Assembly (NCBI GenBank): GCA_030167145.1
Contig: CP126532.1
Span: 1,440,001 to 1,472,000, forward strand
DNA: 32,000 bases
From: Ktedonobacterales bacterium
GTDB taxonomy: Bacteria > Chloroflexota > Ktedonobacteria > Ktedonobacterales > JADMIN01
Direction: 5' to 3'
Shown in pieces: positions 1 through 8,762 of the stretch. The position numbers and the translations under genes were made by a program. The first letter of the stretch is position 1. Each line of letters begins with the position of its first letter. The notes under the pieces are model-generated. The model saw only the letters and a program-made list of their open reading frames with translations, was not told the DNA's origin and did not search any database.

Positions 1-1064
1 GGGTCGGCTACCATATAGGGACTCCAGTTCTTGAAGCCCTGGATGCGGCCAACTTTCACCGTCGGGTCATGGATGTAGATCCAGTTGTCGGGGAAGACCG
101 ACTCGCGGTTGACCACCACCGCCACCGTCAGGAAGTCCCGGTATTTCAGGCTGTTCGCCGCCTGGCGCACCGGCTCCGGCAGCGCGGGGTCCATTTTATT
201 GATGAGTTCGCGCACCGGCAACGTAGAGATGAAATGCGTTCCGGTCACATCGCGCCGCTCGCCGCTCGCGTCCACCGCTGTCACGCGCGTCACGCGCCCA
301 TCCACATGATGTATCGCTTCAACCGACTGCCCCAGCGCCACCTCGTCGCCGTGCGCCAGCAGCAGATCGCGCACACGCTCCCACATCTGCCCAGGACCAA
401 ACCGCGGATAGCGGAACTCATCTATCAACGTTGTAATCACCGCGCCGCGCTGCTTGCCCTGCTTCTGCGGCAGCAGCGCGTTCTTGATCGCCTCGCTCAG
501 GTTCAGTCCTTTGATGCGCTGCGCCGCCCAGTCCGCCGAGAGCGCGCTGGTGCTCATGCCCCACACCTTCTCGGTGTACGTCTTGAAGAAGATGCTGAAG
601 AGCCGGTGGCCAAACTGATTGCTCACCCACTCCTCTAAGGTCTTCGGATTTTTCACCGGGCGGATGCGCGCCCAGGCGTAGCTGGACATGCAGCGCACCG
701 TCTCCACTGGCCCCAGATTGAGCAGCGCATTCGTGGCTTTGAGCGGGTAATCGAAGTATTTGCCGCGATAGTAGATGCGCGAGAGCCGCCCGCAGGTGAG
801 CAGCTCATCGCCCAGCACCTCGGTCCAGAGATCCTCGACCTCCTGACTCTTGCTGAAGAAGCGATGGCCGCCGATGTCGAAGCGATAGCCGCGATGCTCC
901 ACTGTGCGCGAGATTCCGCCGACGAAGCGCGGATCCTGTTCGAGGACCACCACGGGAACGTCGTGCTTCATCAGCTCATACGCCGCCGTCAGCCCCGCCG
1001 GACCCGCCCCCATCACCACCACCCGCGTCGCCGTATCGGCCTGTGTCCGCGCTCCCGCTGCCAT
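1..1064 (-). CDS. NAD(P)/FAD-dependent oxidoreductase (amine-oxidase/phytoene-desaturase-like fold), C-terminus cut by window edge
   Basis: Absent from the ORF track because it runs off the window. My translation of the reverse strand from ATG (comp. 1062-1064) gives MAAGARTQADTATRVVVMGAGPAGLTAAYELMKHDVPVVVLEQDPRFVGGISRTVEHRGYRFDIGGHRFFSK..., open down to position 3. N-terminal GxGxxG Rossmann motif. AAGGA Shine-Dalgarno (comp. 1071-1075) lies 6 nt upstream. Confidence 0.8.
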   Translation of the reverse strand, partial: MAAGARTQADTATRVVVMGAGPAGLTAAYELMKHDVPVVVLEQDPRFVGGISRTVEHRGYRFDIGGHRFFSKSQEVEDLWTEVLGDELLTCGRLSRIYYRGKYFDYPLKATNALLNLGPVETVRCMSSYAWARIRPVKNPKTLEEWVSNQFGHRLFSIFFKTYTEKVWGMSTSALSADWAAQRIKGLNLSEAIKNALLPQKQGKQRGAVITTLIDEFRYPRFGPGQMWERVRDLLLAHGDEVALGQSVEAIHHVDGRVTRVTAVDASGERRDVTGTHFISTLPVRELINKMDPALPEPVRQAANSLKYRDFLTVAVVVNRESVFPDNWIYIHDPTVKVGRIQGFKNWSPYMVAD

Positions 1065-1231
1065 GTCGTATCCTTGCCTACCGTGACTAGTTGCTCGCCG
1101 CTACAACACCCGATCCAAAGTTGCATGTTCGCTGCGCCAGTATAGCACCTTTGGCAATGATGTACTCATAAATGCGTACCCCATCCACATGGCAGGGTAT
1201 AGTACATGTCGCACATGCCGGGAGAACATAG

Positions 1232-3157
1232 GTGACGAGTGAAGGGCAATGCTTCGTGTCTGAGCCACAACGAATGAGGCATATCGTGTCCGATATGCGG
1301 CAAGGCGTGGCGCGCACTCTCGTGAGTCTGACCCAGGCGGCATTTCGCCATCTACGCGCCATGCGCTGGCATCACTACGTCTTCCTCTGCCTCTTTCTGG
1401 GGGCGGCGTTGCAGCACCTCTACGATCTCGGCCATCTCTATATCGCGCCCTGGGATGAAGCCGTACACGCCGTCGTCTCCGAGCATCTTGCGCTCCATCC
1501 GCTGCAACCCACGCTCTACGAAATCGCCGCGTTGCCGCCCCCATATCCAACAGATTGGACCTCCTTCCACATCTGGCTGCACATCCCACCTTTTGGCATG
1601 TGGGCCTCGGCGCTCAGCATGCGCCTGCTGGGCGACACACCCTTTGCCCTGCGGCTCCCCGGCGTCTTCTTCGTCCTCGGCGGCATGCTCGTCACCTATC
1701 TGCTGGGACGACGCCTGTTCCACCCCATCGTGGGGCTGGTGGGCGCGGCATTCGCTGGTTTCGCGCCGTATCCACTGCTCATCAGCCAGGGCTACGTCTT
1801 CGGCGACAACACCGAAACACCGCTGATGCTGCTGACCCCGCTGGCGATACTGGCGCTGGTCTGGGGCTACCGCAGCGGACGCTATCGCTGGCTGGCGCTC
1901 GCTGGCATATTCCAGGGACTCTGCTATCTCACCAAAGGCGCGCTGGGACTCGCCCCCACCGGCGTCGCGCTGGCGCTCATCGCGGGCGAGTGGCTTTTCC
2001 GCCGCGAACCCGGCTGGCACCGGCTGGGCCTGCGTGGCATCGTGGCCTTCTTCGCGCCTGTGCTCCTCATCATCGGCGCATACAACCTCTACATCATGCG
2101 CGCGTTTCCAGCCAGCGCGAAGCTCGAATCTAGCTTGTGGCGGCAAAACTTCTTCACCAGCGTCGAGTTTTGGGGCCGCCCACCTGATTATCACTTCACA
2201 CGCTATCTCTACATGCTCTATGGTCCAGCGTTGGCGTTACTGCTTGTGGGTAGTTTGTTGGTCGTGACCTACGTCGCCATCCGGCGGCAGTCGCGCGCTG
2301 ACCTCATCCTCGCCGCATGGAACCTCGCGCTCTACATCCCGCTCACGGCAGCGGTGACCAAAACACCACCCTATACCTATGCCGCCGTCCCCGCGTGGGG
2401 CCTGGTGGTCGCGCGTGCGCTCATGCTCGGCTGGTCGTCACGCTCGGCGCTAGCCAGGGCCGCAGGGCTGGGCGCACTCCTCGGCGCGGCGCTCACCGCG
2501 CTGCTCAACGGCACGAGTCTGCTCGCGCGTTACACCGCCAGCTATCGGGTCATCATCGTGGACAGCACCCAGGACTATTCTCTGCGCAGTCGCGTGGTTC
2601 CATACTTGTTGACCGGCGCGATCAGCCTGGCCGCGACGCTGCTATGCTATCTCGGCATCCTCGCCATACGCCGCTGGCGCGCATCTGGCAGCGCCGCGCG
2701 TCCCCTGCCAGCAGTCCTGGCAAAAATCAGCGGCTCGCCGAAAGATGACCCACGCGCTGGCCTGGAGCGACGCGCAGCGGCATTCCTGATGCTGGCATCG
2801 CTGCTCATCCTCTCAGCCTACTGGCTCAACTTCGATTTTCAGGCAGTTTCCGTGCGCCACACCAGCGCCATGCCGCAGACGCTGGGCGTCTATCTCGCCA
2901 GCCACACTCCCGCGAACGCGACCATCCTCATGGATAGCGACGCGCCCCTGGTACGCAATACCCGCCTGATGATCATGTTCTGGGCGCACCGCGATGTCTA
3001 CAGCCTGGATGTCTACCCCAATCCCAGCGTCTGCGCGGCGGAGCAGATGGCGGCGGCCAAGAATTCGCCATTCTATGTGCTCGCCGATCATCCGGTTCCC
3101 GGCAAGACGGTTGGCGGCATCGCCTCGTGGACACTGCTCACCCCGACCTGCCCATGA
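1232..3157 (+). CDS. Polytopic membrane glycosyltransferase, GT-C fold (ArnT/PMT-like, GT39/GT83 type)
   Basis: 641-aa ORF with many hydrophobic helices. 'DTPFALRLPGVFFVLGGMLVTYLLGRRLF' resembles the conserved ArnT/PMT_2 signature. GGGAG lies 7 nt upstream of GTG 1232. Internal ATGs at 1274, 1295 and 1361 are alternative starts. Confidence 0.7.
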   Translation: MTSEGQCFVSEPQRMRHIVSDMRQGVARTLVSLTQAAFRHLRAMRWHHYVFLCLFLGAALQHLYDLGHLYIAPWDEAVHAVVSEHLALHPLQPTLYEIAALPPPYPTDWTSFHIWLHIPPFGMWASALSMRLLGDTPFALRLPGVFFVLGGMLVTYLLGRRLFHPIVGLVGAAFAGFAPYPLLISQGYVFGDNTETPLMLLTPLAILALVWGYRSGRYRWLALAGIFQGLCYLTKGALGLAPTGVALALIAGEWLFRREPGWHRLGLRGIVAFFAPVLLIIGAYNLYIMRAFPASAKLESSLWRQNFFTSVEFWGRPPDYHFTRYLYMLYGPALALLLVGSLLVVTYVAIRRQSRADLILAAWNLALYIPLTAAVTKTPPYTYAAVPAWGLVVARALMLGWSSRSALARAAGLGALLGAALTALLNGTSLLARYTASYRVIIVDSTQDYSLRSRVVPYLLTGAISLAATLLCYLGILAIRRWRASGSAARPLPAVLAKISGSPKDDPRAGLERRAAAFLMLASLLILSAYWLNFDFQAVSVRHTSAMPQTLGVYLASHTPANATILMDSDAPLVRNTRLMIMFWAHRDVYSLDVYPNPSVCAAEQMAAAKNSPFYVLADHPVPGKTVGGIASWTLLTPTCP

Positions 3158-3180
3158 GCATAGCCGTGTGTGGGCGCTTC

Positions 3181-3209
3181 TTGTACGGCTGGGGCGTCAG
3201 GCGTATAAT
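3181..3209 (+). promoter_or_regulatory. sigma70-type promoter for the sdh operon
   Basis: TTGTAC (3181-3186), 17-nt spacer, TATAAT (3204-3209), read directly. It sits in the gap between the GT-C gene and sdhC. Confidence 0.55.
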
Positions 3210-3436
3210 CTGAAGCGCGGCGTGCAGCGCCGCGACCGTGACGATGGGGTCCGGTAGCGCAAGTATCAGTGCGGAGCGCGGCGGGTGCGCTGAGTCGTGA
3301 AAGCGTCGCGCGTGCCTACTTGCGGCGATGTATCGCACTCCTCCTGAGTCAACCCCTCTCCTTCACCGCGCGGTCAACCGGAATCCTCCCCGTTCCTGGG
3401 GCGCATCTCGCCCCCGCTAGTTCAGGAGAAGCGCGC

Positions 3437-3832
3437 ATGTATCGAGGCCAATCCGGCCAGTGGTCGTGGCTGTTTCATCGCATCACCGGGATGGGTGTCT
3501 TGCTGTTCCTCCTGGTTCACATCGTAGACATCACCCTCATCGGTTTCGTCAGTGGCAAGGTCTATGACGACGCACTGCGCGTCTTCAGCACGGGCATCGT
3601 GCGGCTCGTTTCGCTCGCGCTGATCGCCGCCGTGCTGTATCACGCTTTCAACGGTGTGCGCATCATCCTCGTGGACTTCTGGCCCGCCGCGCACAAGTTC
3701 CAGCGCCAAATGTTCATCGGCGTGCTCGTGCTGACCATCGCTGGGTTCATTCCCATGGGCTTCTTCGTCGTCGCGCCGATCTTCGGCCACTGCCCGACAG
3801 GCCCCAACGGCTGCCAGCCGTTCTTGATTTGA
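3437..3832 (+). CDS. sdhC: Succinate dehydrogenase cytochrome b subunit
   Basis: MYRGQSGQWSWLFHRITGMGVLLFLLVHIVD... is a 3-TM SdhC-like protein. CAGGAGAA SD at 3423-3430 precedes ATG 3437. First gene of an sdhCDAB-ordered cluster. The track ORF extends to 3269, but that extension is not SdhC-like. Confidence 0.8.
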   Translation: MYRGQSGQWSWLFHRITGMGVLLFLLVHIVDITLIGFVSGKVYDDALRVFSTGIVRLVSLALIAAVLYHAFNGVRIILVDFWPAAHKFQRQMFIGVLVLTIAGFIPMGFFVVAPIFGHCPTGPNGCQPFLI

Positions 3833-3854
3833 GCCAGAGGAAAGGAACGCTCGC

Positions 3855-4328
3855 ATGGCCACTACTCAACAAGAGGCATCTCCGCAAGTCCGCCGCAAGC
3901 CGCGCCTCGTCGCTGCCTACGGCTCCAGTTCGAAGCCCACCTCCGGCGGCTGGGAAACCTTCTCCTGGTATTTTCTGCGCGTCAGCGGTGTCGCGCTGAT
4001 CTTCCTCGTCATCATCCATCTGCTGCTGATGCATGTCATCAACGATGTTTCAGCCACGACCTATTGCTTTGTCGTCGCGCGCTACCAGAATCCCTTCTGG
4101 CGCGCCTACGATCTGCTGCTGCTGACACTCGCCCTGCCGCACGGCCTCAACGGCCTGCGCATCATCACCGACGACTATCTGCACTCGCGCGGCTGGCGGC
4201 TGGTTGTGCAGTCGGGTCTTTTCCTGTCGCTGCTCTTCTTCTGGCTGATGGGTTCGATGACCATCATCACTTTCCAGCCCACGCCGGGCGTATGTCCCAC
4301 CACGCATACGGCGATGGTGAGCCGCTAA
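3855..4328 (+). CDS. sdhD: Succinate dehydrogenase hydrophobic membrane anchor subunit
   Basis: 157-aa membrane protein (WETFSWYFLRVSGVALIFLVIIHLLLMH...) located between sdhC and sdhA. GAGGAAAGGA lies upstream of the ATG. Confidence 0.7.
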   Translation: MATTQQEASPQVRRKPRLVAAYGSSSKPTSGGWETFSWYFLRVSGVALIFLVIIHLLLMHVINDVSATTYCFVVARYQNPFWRAYDLLLLTLALPHGLNGLRIITDDYLHSRGWRLVVQSGLFLSLLFFWLMGSMTIITFQPTPGVCPTTHTAMVSR

Positions 4329-4362
4329 GCCGCTTCCGCTGGTCAATTCAGGAGAATTTCCT

Positions 4363-6117
4363 ATGAACTATCACAAATACGATGTCGTCATCGTTGGCGC
4401 GGGCGGCGCGGGTCTGATGTCGGCCATGCAGCTTGCCCACAATACCAGCGTCGCCGTCATCAGCAAGCTCTACCCCACGCGCTCGCACACCGGCGCCGCG
4501 CAGGGCGGGGTCGCCGCCGCGCTGGGCAACCAGGAAGAAGACCACTGGAAGTGGCATATGTTCGACACCGTCAAAGGTGGCGACTACCTCGTAGATCAGG
4601 ATGCCGCCGAGGTGCTGACCCGCGAGGCGATTGACGCCGTCTATGACCTCGAACACTGGGGCCTTCCCTTCAACCGCACCGAGGACGGCAAGATTGACCA
4701 GCGCCGCTTCGGCGGCCACACGCGCAACTTCGGCGAGGGGCCAGTGCGCCGCTCATGCTATGCTGCCGACCGCACCGGCCACATGATCTTGCAGACGATG
4801 TACCAGCAGTCGGTGAAGAATCAGGTAAAGTTCTACAATGAATACCTGATGCTTGACCTGCTCATCAACGACGGCCAGGCCTGCGGCGTCGTCGCGCTTT
4901 GCCTGCGTGACGGCACGATCCACACCTTCCACGCCAAAACCATCGTCTTCGCCACCGGCGGCTATGGCCGCGCCTGGCGCATCACCAGCAACGCGCTCGC
5001 CTGCACCGGCGACGGCATGGCGGTCGCCTACCGGCGCGGCATCCCGCTGGAAGACATGGAAATGTACCAGTTCCACCCCACCGGCCTCTACAAGGTGGGC
5101 ATTCTGCTCAGCGAGGCGGCGCGCGGCGAGGGCGCATACCTGCTGAACAAAGATGGTGAGCGCTTCTGCGTGCGCTATGCGCCGACGATGGAGGAGCTTG
5201 CCCCGCGCGATATGGTCTCGCGCTTCATCGTGCAGGAGATCACCGAGGGGCGCGGCATTGACGGCAAAGATTACGTCTATCTCTCAGTCGCGCACCTGGG
5301 CAAAGAGAAGATTGACGCTAAGCTCCCTGACATCACTGACTTCGCCCGCAACTACCTGGGCGTCGAGCCATATTACGAGCCGGTGCCGATCCAGCCGACA
5401 GCGCACTACGCCATGGGCGGCATCCCCACCGACATCGAGGGCCGCGTCATCATGGATGAGAACAACACGACACTCCCCGGCATGTATGCCGCGGGCGAAG
5501 TGGCGTGCGTCTCGGTCCACGGCGCGAACCGCCTGGGCACCAATTCCCTCGTAGACCTGATCGTCTTTGGCCGCCGCGCGGGCAAGCATATCGCCGCGAA
5601 ATGGCTGCCCGAGGCCGATTTCGCGCCGCTGCCGCCCAACCCCGACGCCTGGGCCACCGAGATGGTGGAGAGTTTGCTGGCGCGGGCGAGCGCGGGCGCC
5701 AAGGGCAAGGGCGAGACGCAAGAAGCGATACGTCAGGATCTGCGCGACAGCATGATGGAGAACGCGGGCGTGGTACGTGACGAGCAACACCTCACCGCGC
5801 AAATGGCGAAGGTAGCCGAGCTAAAAGAACGTTGGCAGACCATGCGCCTGATGGATACCAGCCGCACCTTCAACACCGAGCTGATGGAGGTGATCGAGCT
5901 GGGCAACCTGATCGAGTGCGCCGAGGCCACCGTCGCCGGGGCGCTGGCTCGCCAGGAAAGCCGTGGCGCGCACTATCGTAGCGACTTCCCCACCCGCGAC
6001 GACAAGAACTTCCTCCAGCACACGCTAGCCTTCCGAAGCGAGACGGCCGGCGCGCCGGAGCTACGTTACAAGCCGGTGGTCATCACCGAATTCCAGCCCA
6101 AAGAACGCAAATATTAG
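4363..6117 (+). CDS. sdhA: Succinate dehydrogenase flavoprotein subunit
   Basis: 584 aa. YDVVIVGAGGAGL FAD-binding N-terminus, 'SHTGAAQGG' covalent-FAD His motif, 'HPTG', 'RLGTNSL' and 'ESRGAHYR' motifs. AGGAGAA SD upstream. Confidence 0.97.
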   Translation: MNYHKYDVVIVGAGGAGLMSAMQLAHNTSVAVISKLYPTRSHTGAAQGGVAAALGNQEEDHWKWHMFDTVKGGDYLVDQDAAEVLTREAIDAVYDLEHWGLPFNRTEDGKIDQRRFGGHTRNFGEGPVRRSCYAADRTGHMILQTMYQQSVKNQVKFYNEYLMLDLLINDGQACGVVALCLRDGTIHTFHAKTIVFATGGYGRAWRITSNALACTGDGMAVAYRRGIPLEDMEMYQFHPTGLYKVGILLSEAARGEGAYLLNKDGERFCVRYAPTMEELAPRDMVSRFIVQEITEGRGIDGKDYVYLSVAHLGKEKIDAKLPDITDFARNYLGVEPYYEPVPIQPTAHYAMGGIPTDIEGRVIMDENNTTLPGMYAAGEVACVSVHGANRLGTNSLVDLIVFGRRAGKHIAAKWLPEADFAPLPPNPDAWATEMVESLLARASAGAKGKGETQEAIRQDLRDSMMENAGVVRDEQHLTAQMAKVAELKERWQTMRLMDTSRTFNTELMEVIELGNLIECAEATVAGALARQESRGAHYRSDFPTRDDKNFLQHTLAFRSETAGAPELRYKPVVITEFQPKERKY

Positions 6118-6129
6118 CAGCTGGCGATG

Positions 6130-6189
6130 CCCGAACCCGCGCAGGCGGGTTTCGCGGCCGCAGGCCATGTAGGCGCGGTTTCAACCGCC
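6130..6189. repeat. REP/MITE-like intergenic element, short copy (family 1), between sdhA and sdhB
   Basis: cccgaacccgcgcaggcggg...gccatgtaggcgcggtttcaaccgcc. Both termini recur at 21135-21249. Contains hairpins GAACCCGC/GCGGGTT and GCGG-tttcaa-CCGC. Confidence 0.6.
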
Positions 6190-6213
6190 AGCTTATCGAG
6201 AGGATAGAGAACG

Positions 6214-6942
<729 letters not shown>

Positions 6943-6987
6943 TCGGCCATGCGACAAGCAGCCGCAGCGCAAAGCCGATACATCGTA

Positions 6988-7008
6988 GGGGCGAGGCAAG
7001 CCTCGCCC
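6988..7008. repeat. GTAGGGGC-type hairpin element (family 2), possible sdh operon terminator/stabiliser
   Basis: gtaGGGGCGAGGcaagCCTCGCCC is an 8-bp GC stem with a 4-nt loop, 45 nt after the sdhB stop. No U-tract follows. It is related in design to the elements at 30568-30772. Confidence 0.4.
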
Positions 7009-7144
7009 TCACGTCAGGCCAGCGCGCGGCGCAGCAGTACGGGCTGGGAGCGCAGCGGAAACCCGTAGCCTCAGTCTGAGGTATTTTGTTCGGCACTCGT
7101 CGTGCCGAGAACGAACGACGACAACTATCCCCGACGATATGGCC

Positions 7145-7726
7145 TCATGCGTTTTCGGCTGGCTGGTAGGTCGCAACTACCACACCCATCTCAGTTGTCT
7201 TCGCGCTGACAAGCCGCAATGAGCCAAACGGGCCGCCCTCAGGGAAGAGGCGGCGCCCAGAGCCGAGGATCAACGGGTGGATCAGCAGCACATAGGTATC
7301 TACAAGGTGAGCCTGCCGCAGCGAGTGGACCAACTCTCCACTGCCCATGATGACGAGGTCCTTGCCTGGCTGCTCCTTGAGTTTGCCCACCGTCTCCGCA
7401 GCCTCGCCCTTCAGAAGGGTGGAGTTGACCCACGGCAGCGGCTCAGCGAGCGTTTTTGAGACGACGTACTTCTGCAGGTTGTCGAGCATCGCTGACATGG
7501 GATCGCCTTTTCGCTGCGGCCACACCGCGTAGAAGTCCTCAAAGGTCCGTCGGCCCAGCAGCAGCGCGCCGATGTTGGCCATGCTATCCCCGGCGTGCTG
7601 CATCGCCGCATAGGGTACGGCCCAACCGCCATGCTCGAATCCGCCACGGCGGTCTTCATCTGGCCTGCCTGGCGCTTGCATGACGCCATCGAGTGAAAGA
7701 TTGGTGAAGACGATAACCCTGCTCAT
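7145..7726 (-). CDS. Dihydrofolate reductase family protein (RibD C-terminal domain type)
   Basis: MSRVIVFTNLSLDGVMQAPGRPDEDRRGGFEHGGW...LVDTYVLLIHPLILGSGRRLF is typical of the family. AGGAGGGAAAC SD lies upstream of ATG (comp. 7724-7726). The track ORF extends 19 codons further. Confidence 0.8.
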   Translation of the reverse strand: MSRVIVFTNLSLDGVMQAPGRPDEDRRGGFEHGGWAVPYAAMQHAGDSMANIGALLLGRRTFEDFYAVWPQRKGDPMSAMLDNLQKYVVSKTLAEPLPWVNSTLLKGEAAETVGKLKEQPGKDLVIMGSGELVHSLRQAHLVDTYVLLIHPLILGSGRRLFPEGGPFGSLRLVSAKTTEMGVVVATYQPAENA

Positions 7727-7807
7727 GTGTTTCCCTCCTATATCGGCGTTTTTTCGTGTCCTGTCGTAGTATGCGCCGACCATGAGCCTGCGACTTGTAC
7801 AAAGCCG

Positions 7808-8653
7808 TCATCTTTCCAGAGCCGACAATCCCGCTTGAGCTGACTGGAGTTGATCCACGCGTTGCGCGAGACTACTGGGGGTCACGCCAGAGAAGGCTTT
7901 GATCTCCCGGTTGAAGTGAGACTGGTCGGAGTAGTTGAGGGTAGCGGCCACATCAGCCAGGCGAGCGAAACGCCGCGTTCGGATGAGCCTGACGGCTTCA
8001 TTGAAGCGCCGTAGTCGGAGATAAGTTTGAAGCGAGAGTCCCACAGTCTGTGAAAAGCGTCTCTCAAGTTGGCGCTCGGAGATGCTCAAAGCGCGAAGCA
8101 GGTCTCTCACCTGAAGGCCACCAGGGTTGCGGTCGATCAGCCAGAGGCCCTCTTCCACCAGCAGGTCTCTTGGCTTCTCCTGCTCGAGCTTGCTCATCAG
8201 AAAGCTGGTAAGAAGGCGAACCCGCTCCTGATCGCCCCTGGCTTCTGTGAGCAGATCAGTGAGACCTGCCGCCCCAAATTCATCGAGCCGTGCCCATCCG
8301 TTGGCCAGTGCCGAAGCGTTGAGTCCGAAGAGTGTCTTGAGCGCATGTGGTTTGAAGACAACCTGCATCGTCATAAATGGTCCGTGCTTGAAGGTCATGC
8401 TACTTGGTTCTGCCCCCGGACCATAGAGGAACAAGGGAGCCGGGCTAGACGCGCCCCCAGATGGGGTGGTGATCTGCTCAAGCGCGCCGTGCCCATCGCT
8501 CACCCGCAAGTGGAAGAGCAAGCCCGGCACGCCCGCAGGGGTGACACTGATGGCGACGCACTCATCGCCGTTGTAGTGTGTCATCTGGACAGACTCGACC
8601 GCAGTGCTGAGGATGCCTGAGGCAGGAACGTTGACGAGTTGTGTTGAGCTCAC
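7808..8653 (-). CDS. AraC family transcriptional regulator
   Basis: C-terminal double HTH: 'LSISERQLERRFSQTVGLSLQTYLRLRRFNEA...ATLNYSDQSHFNREIKAFSGVTPS'. GTG start. Confidence 0.85.
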   Translation of the reverse strand: MSSTQLVNVPASGILSTAVESVQMTHYNGDECVAISVTPAGVPGLLFHLRVSDGHGALEQITTPSGGASSPAPLFLYGPGAEPSSMTFKHGPFMTMQVVFKPHALKTLFGLNASALANGWARLDEFGAAGLTDLLTEARGDQERVRLLTSFLMSKLEQEKPRDLLVEEGLWLIDRNPGGLQVRDLLRALSISERQLERRFSQTVGLSLQTYLRLRRFNEAVRLIRTRRFARLADVAATLNYSDQSHFNREIKAFSGVTPSSLAQRVDQLQSAQAGLSALER

Positions 8654-8678
8654 AATGAACGCCCCATCATCTCCCGTC

Positions 8679-8710
8679 GAGACTCTCGGCCATTCATGGC
8701 CGAGAGTCTC
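8679..8710 (-). terminator. Perfect 15-bp inverted repeat downstream of the PLP-enzyme gene and upstream of the AraC gene
   Basis: gagactctcggccat-tc-atggccgagagtctc, read directly. It lies 53 nt after the stop at 8763 and 26 nt before the AraC start. There is no U-tract on the minus strand, so the terminator call is tentative. Confidence 0.45.
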
Positions 8711-8762
8711 CTATTTCTTGCGCTGTGGCTGTGCGTCGGTGTGTACGACCGCGAGGGAATGG

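Noticed and set aside
1352-2194. 280-aa minus-strand ORF inside the GT-C glycosyltransferase gene
   Set aside because: Antisense to a coherent polytopic membrane protein. Its composition is charged and Arg/Glu-rich without motifs.
3269-3436. Upstream in-frame extension of sdhC (56 extra codons)
   Set aside because: No SD at 3269 and a sequence unlike SdhC N-termini. A strong SD plus ATG at 3437 gives a protein of the usual SdhC size.
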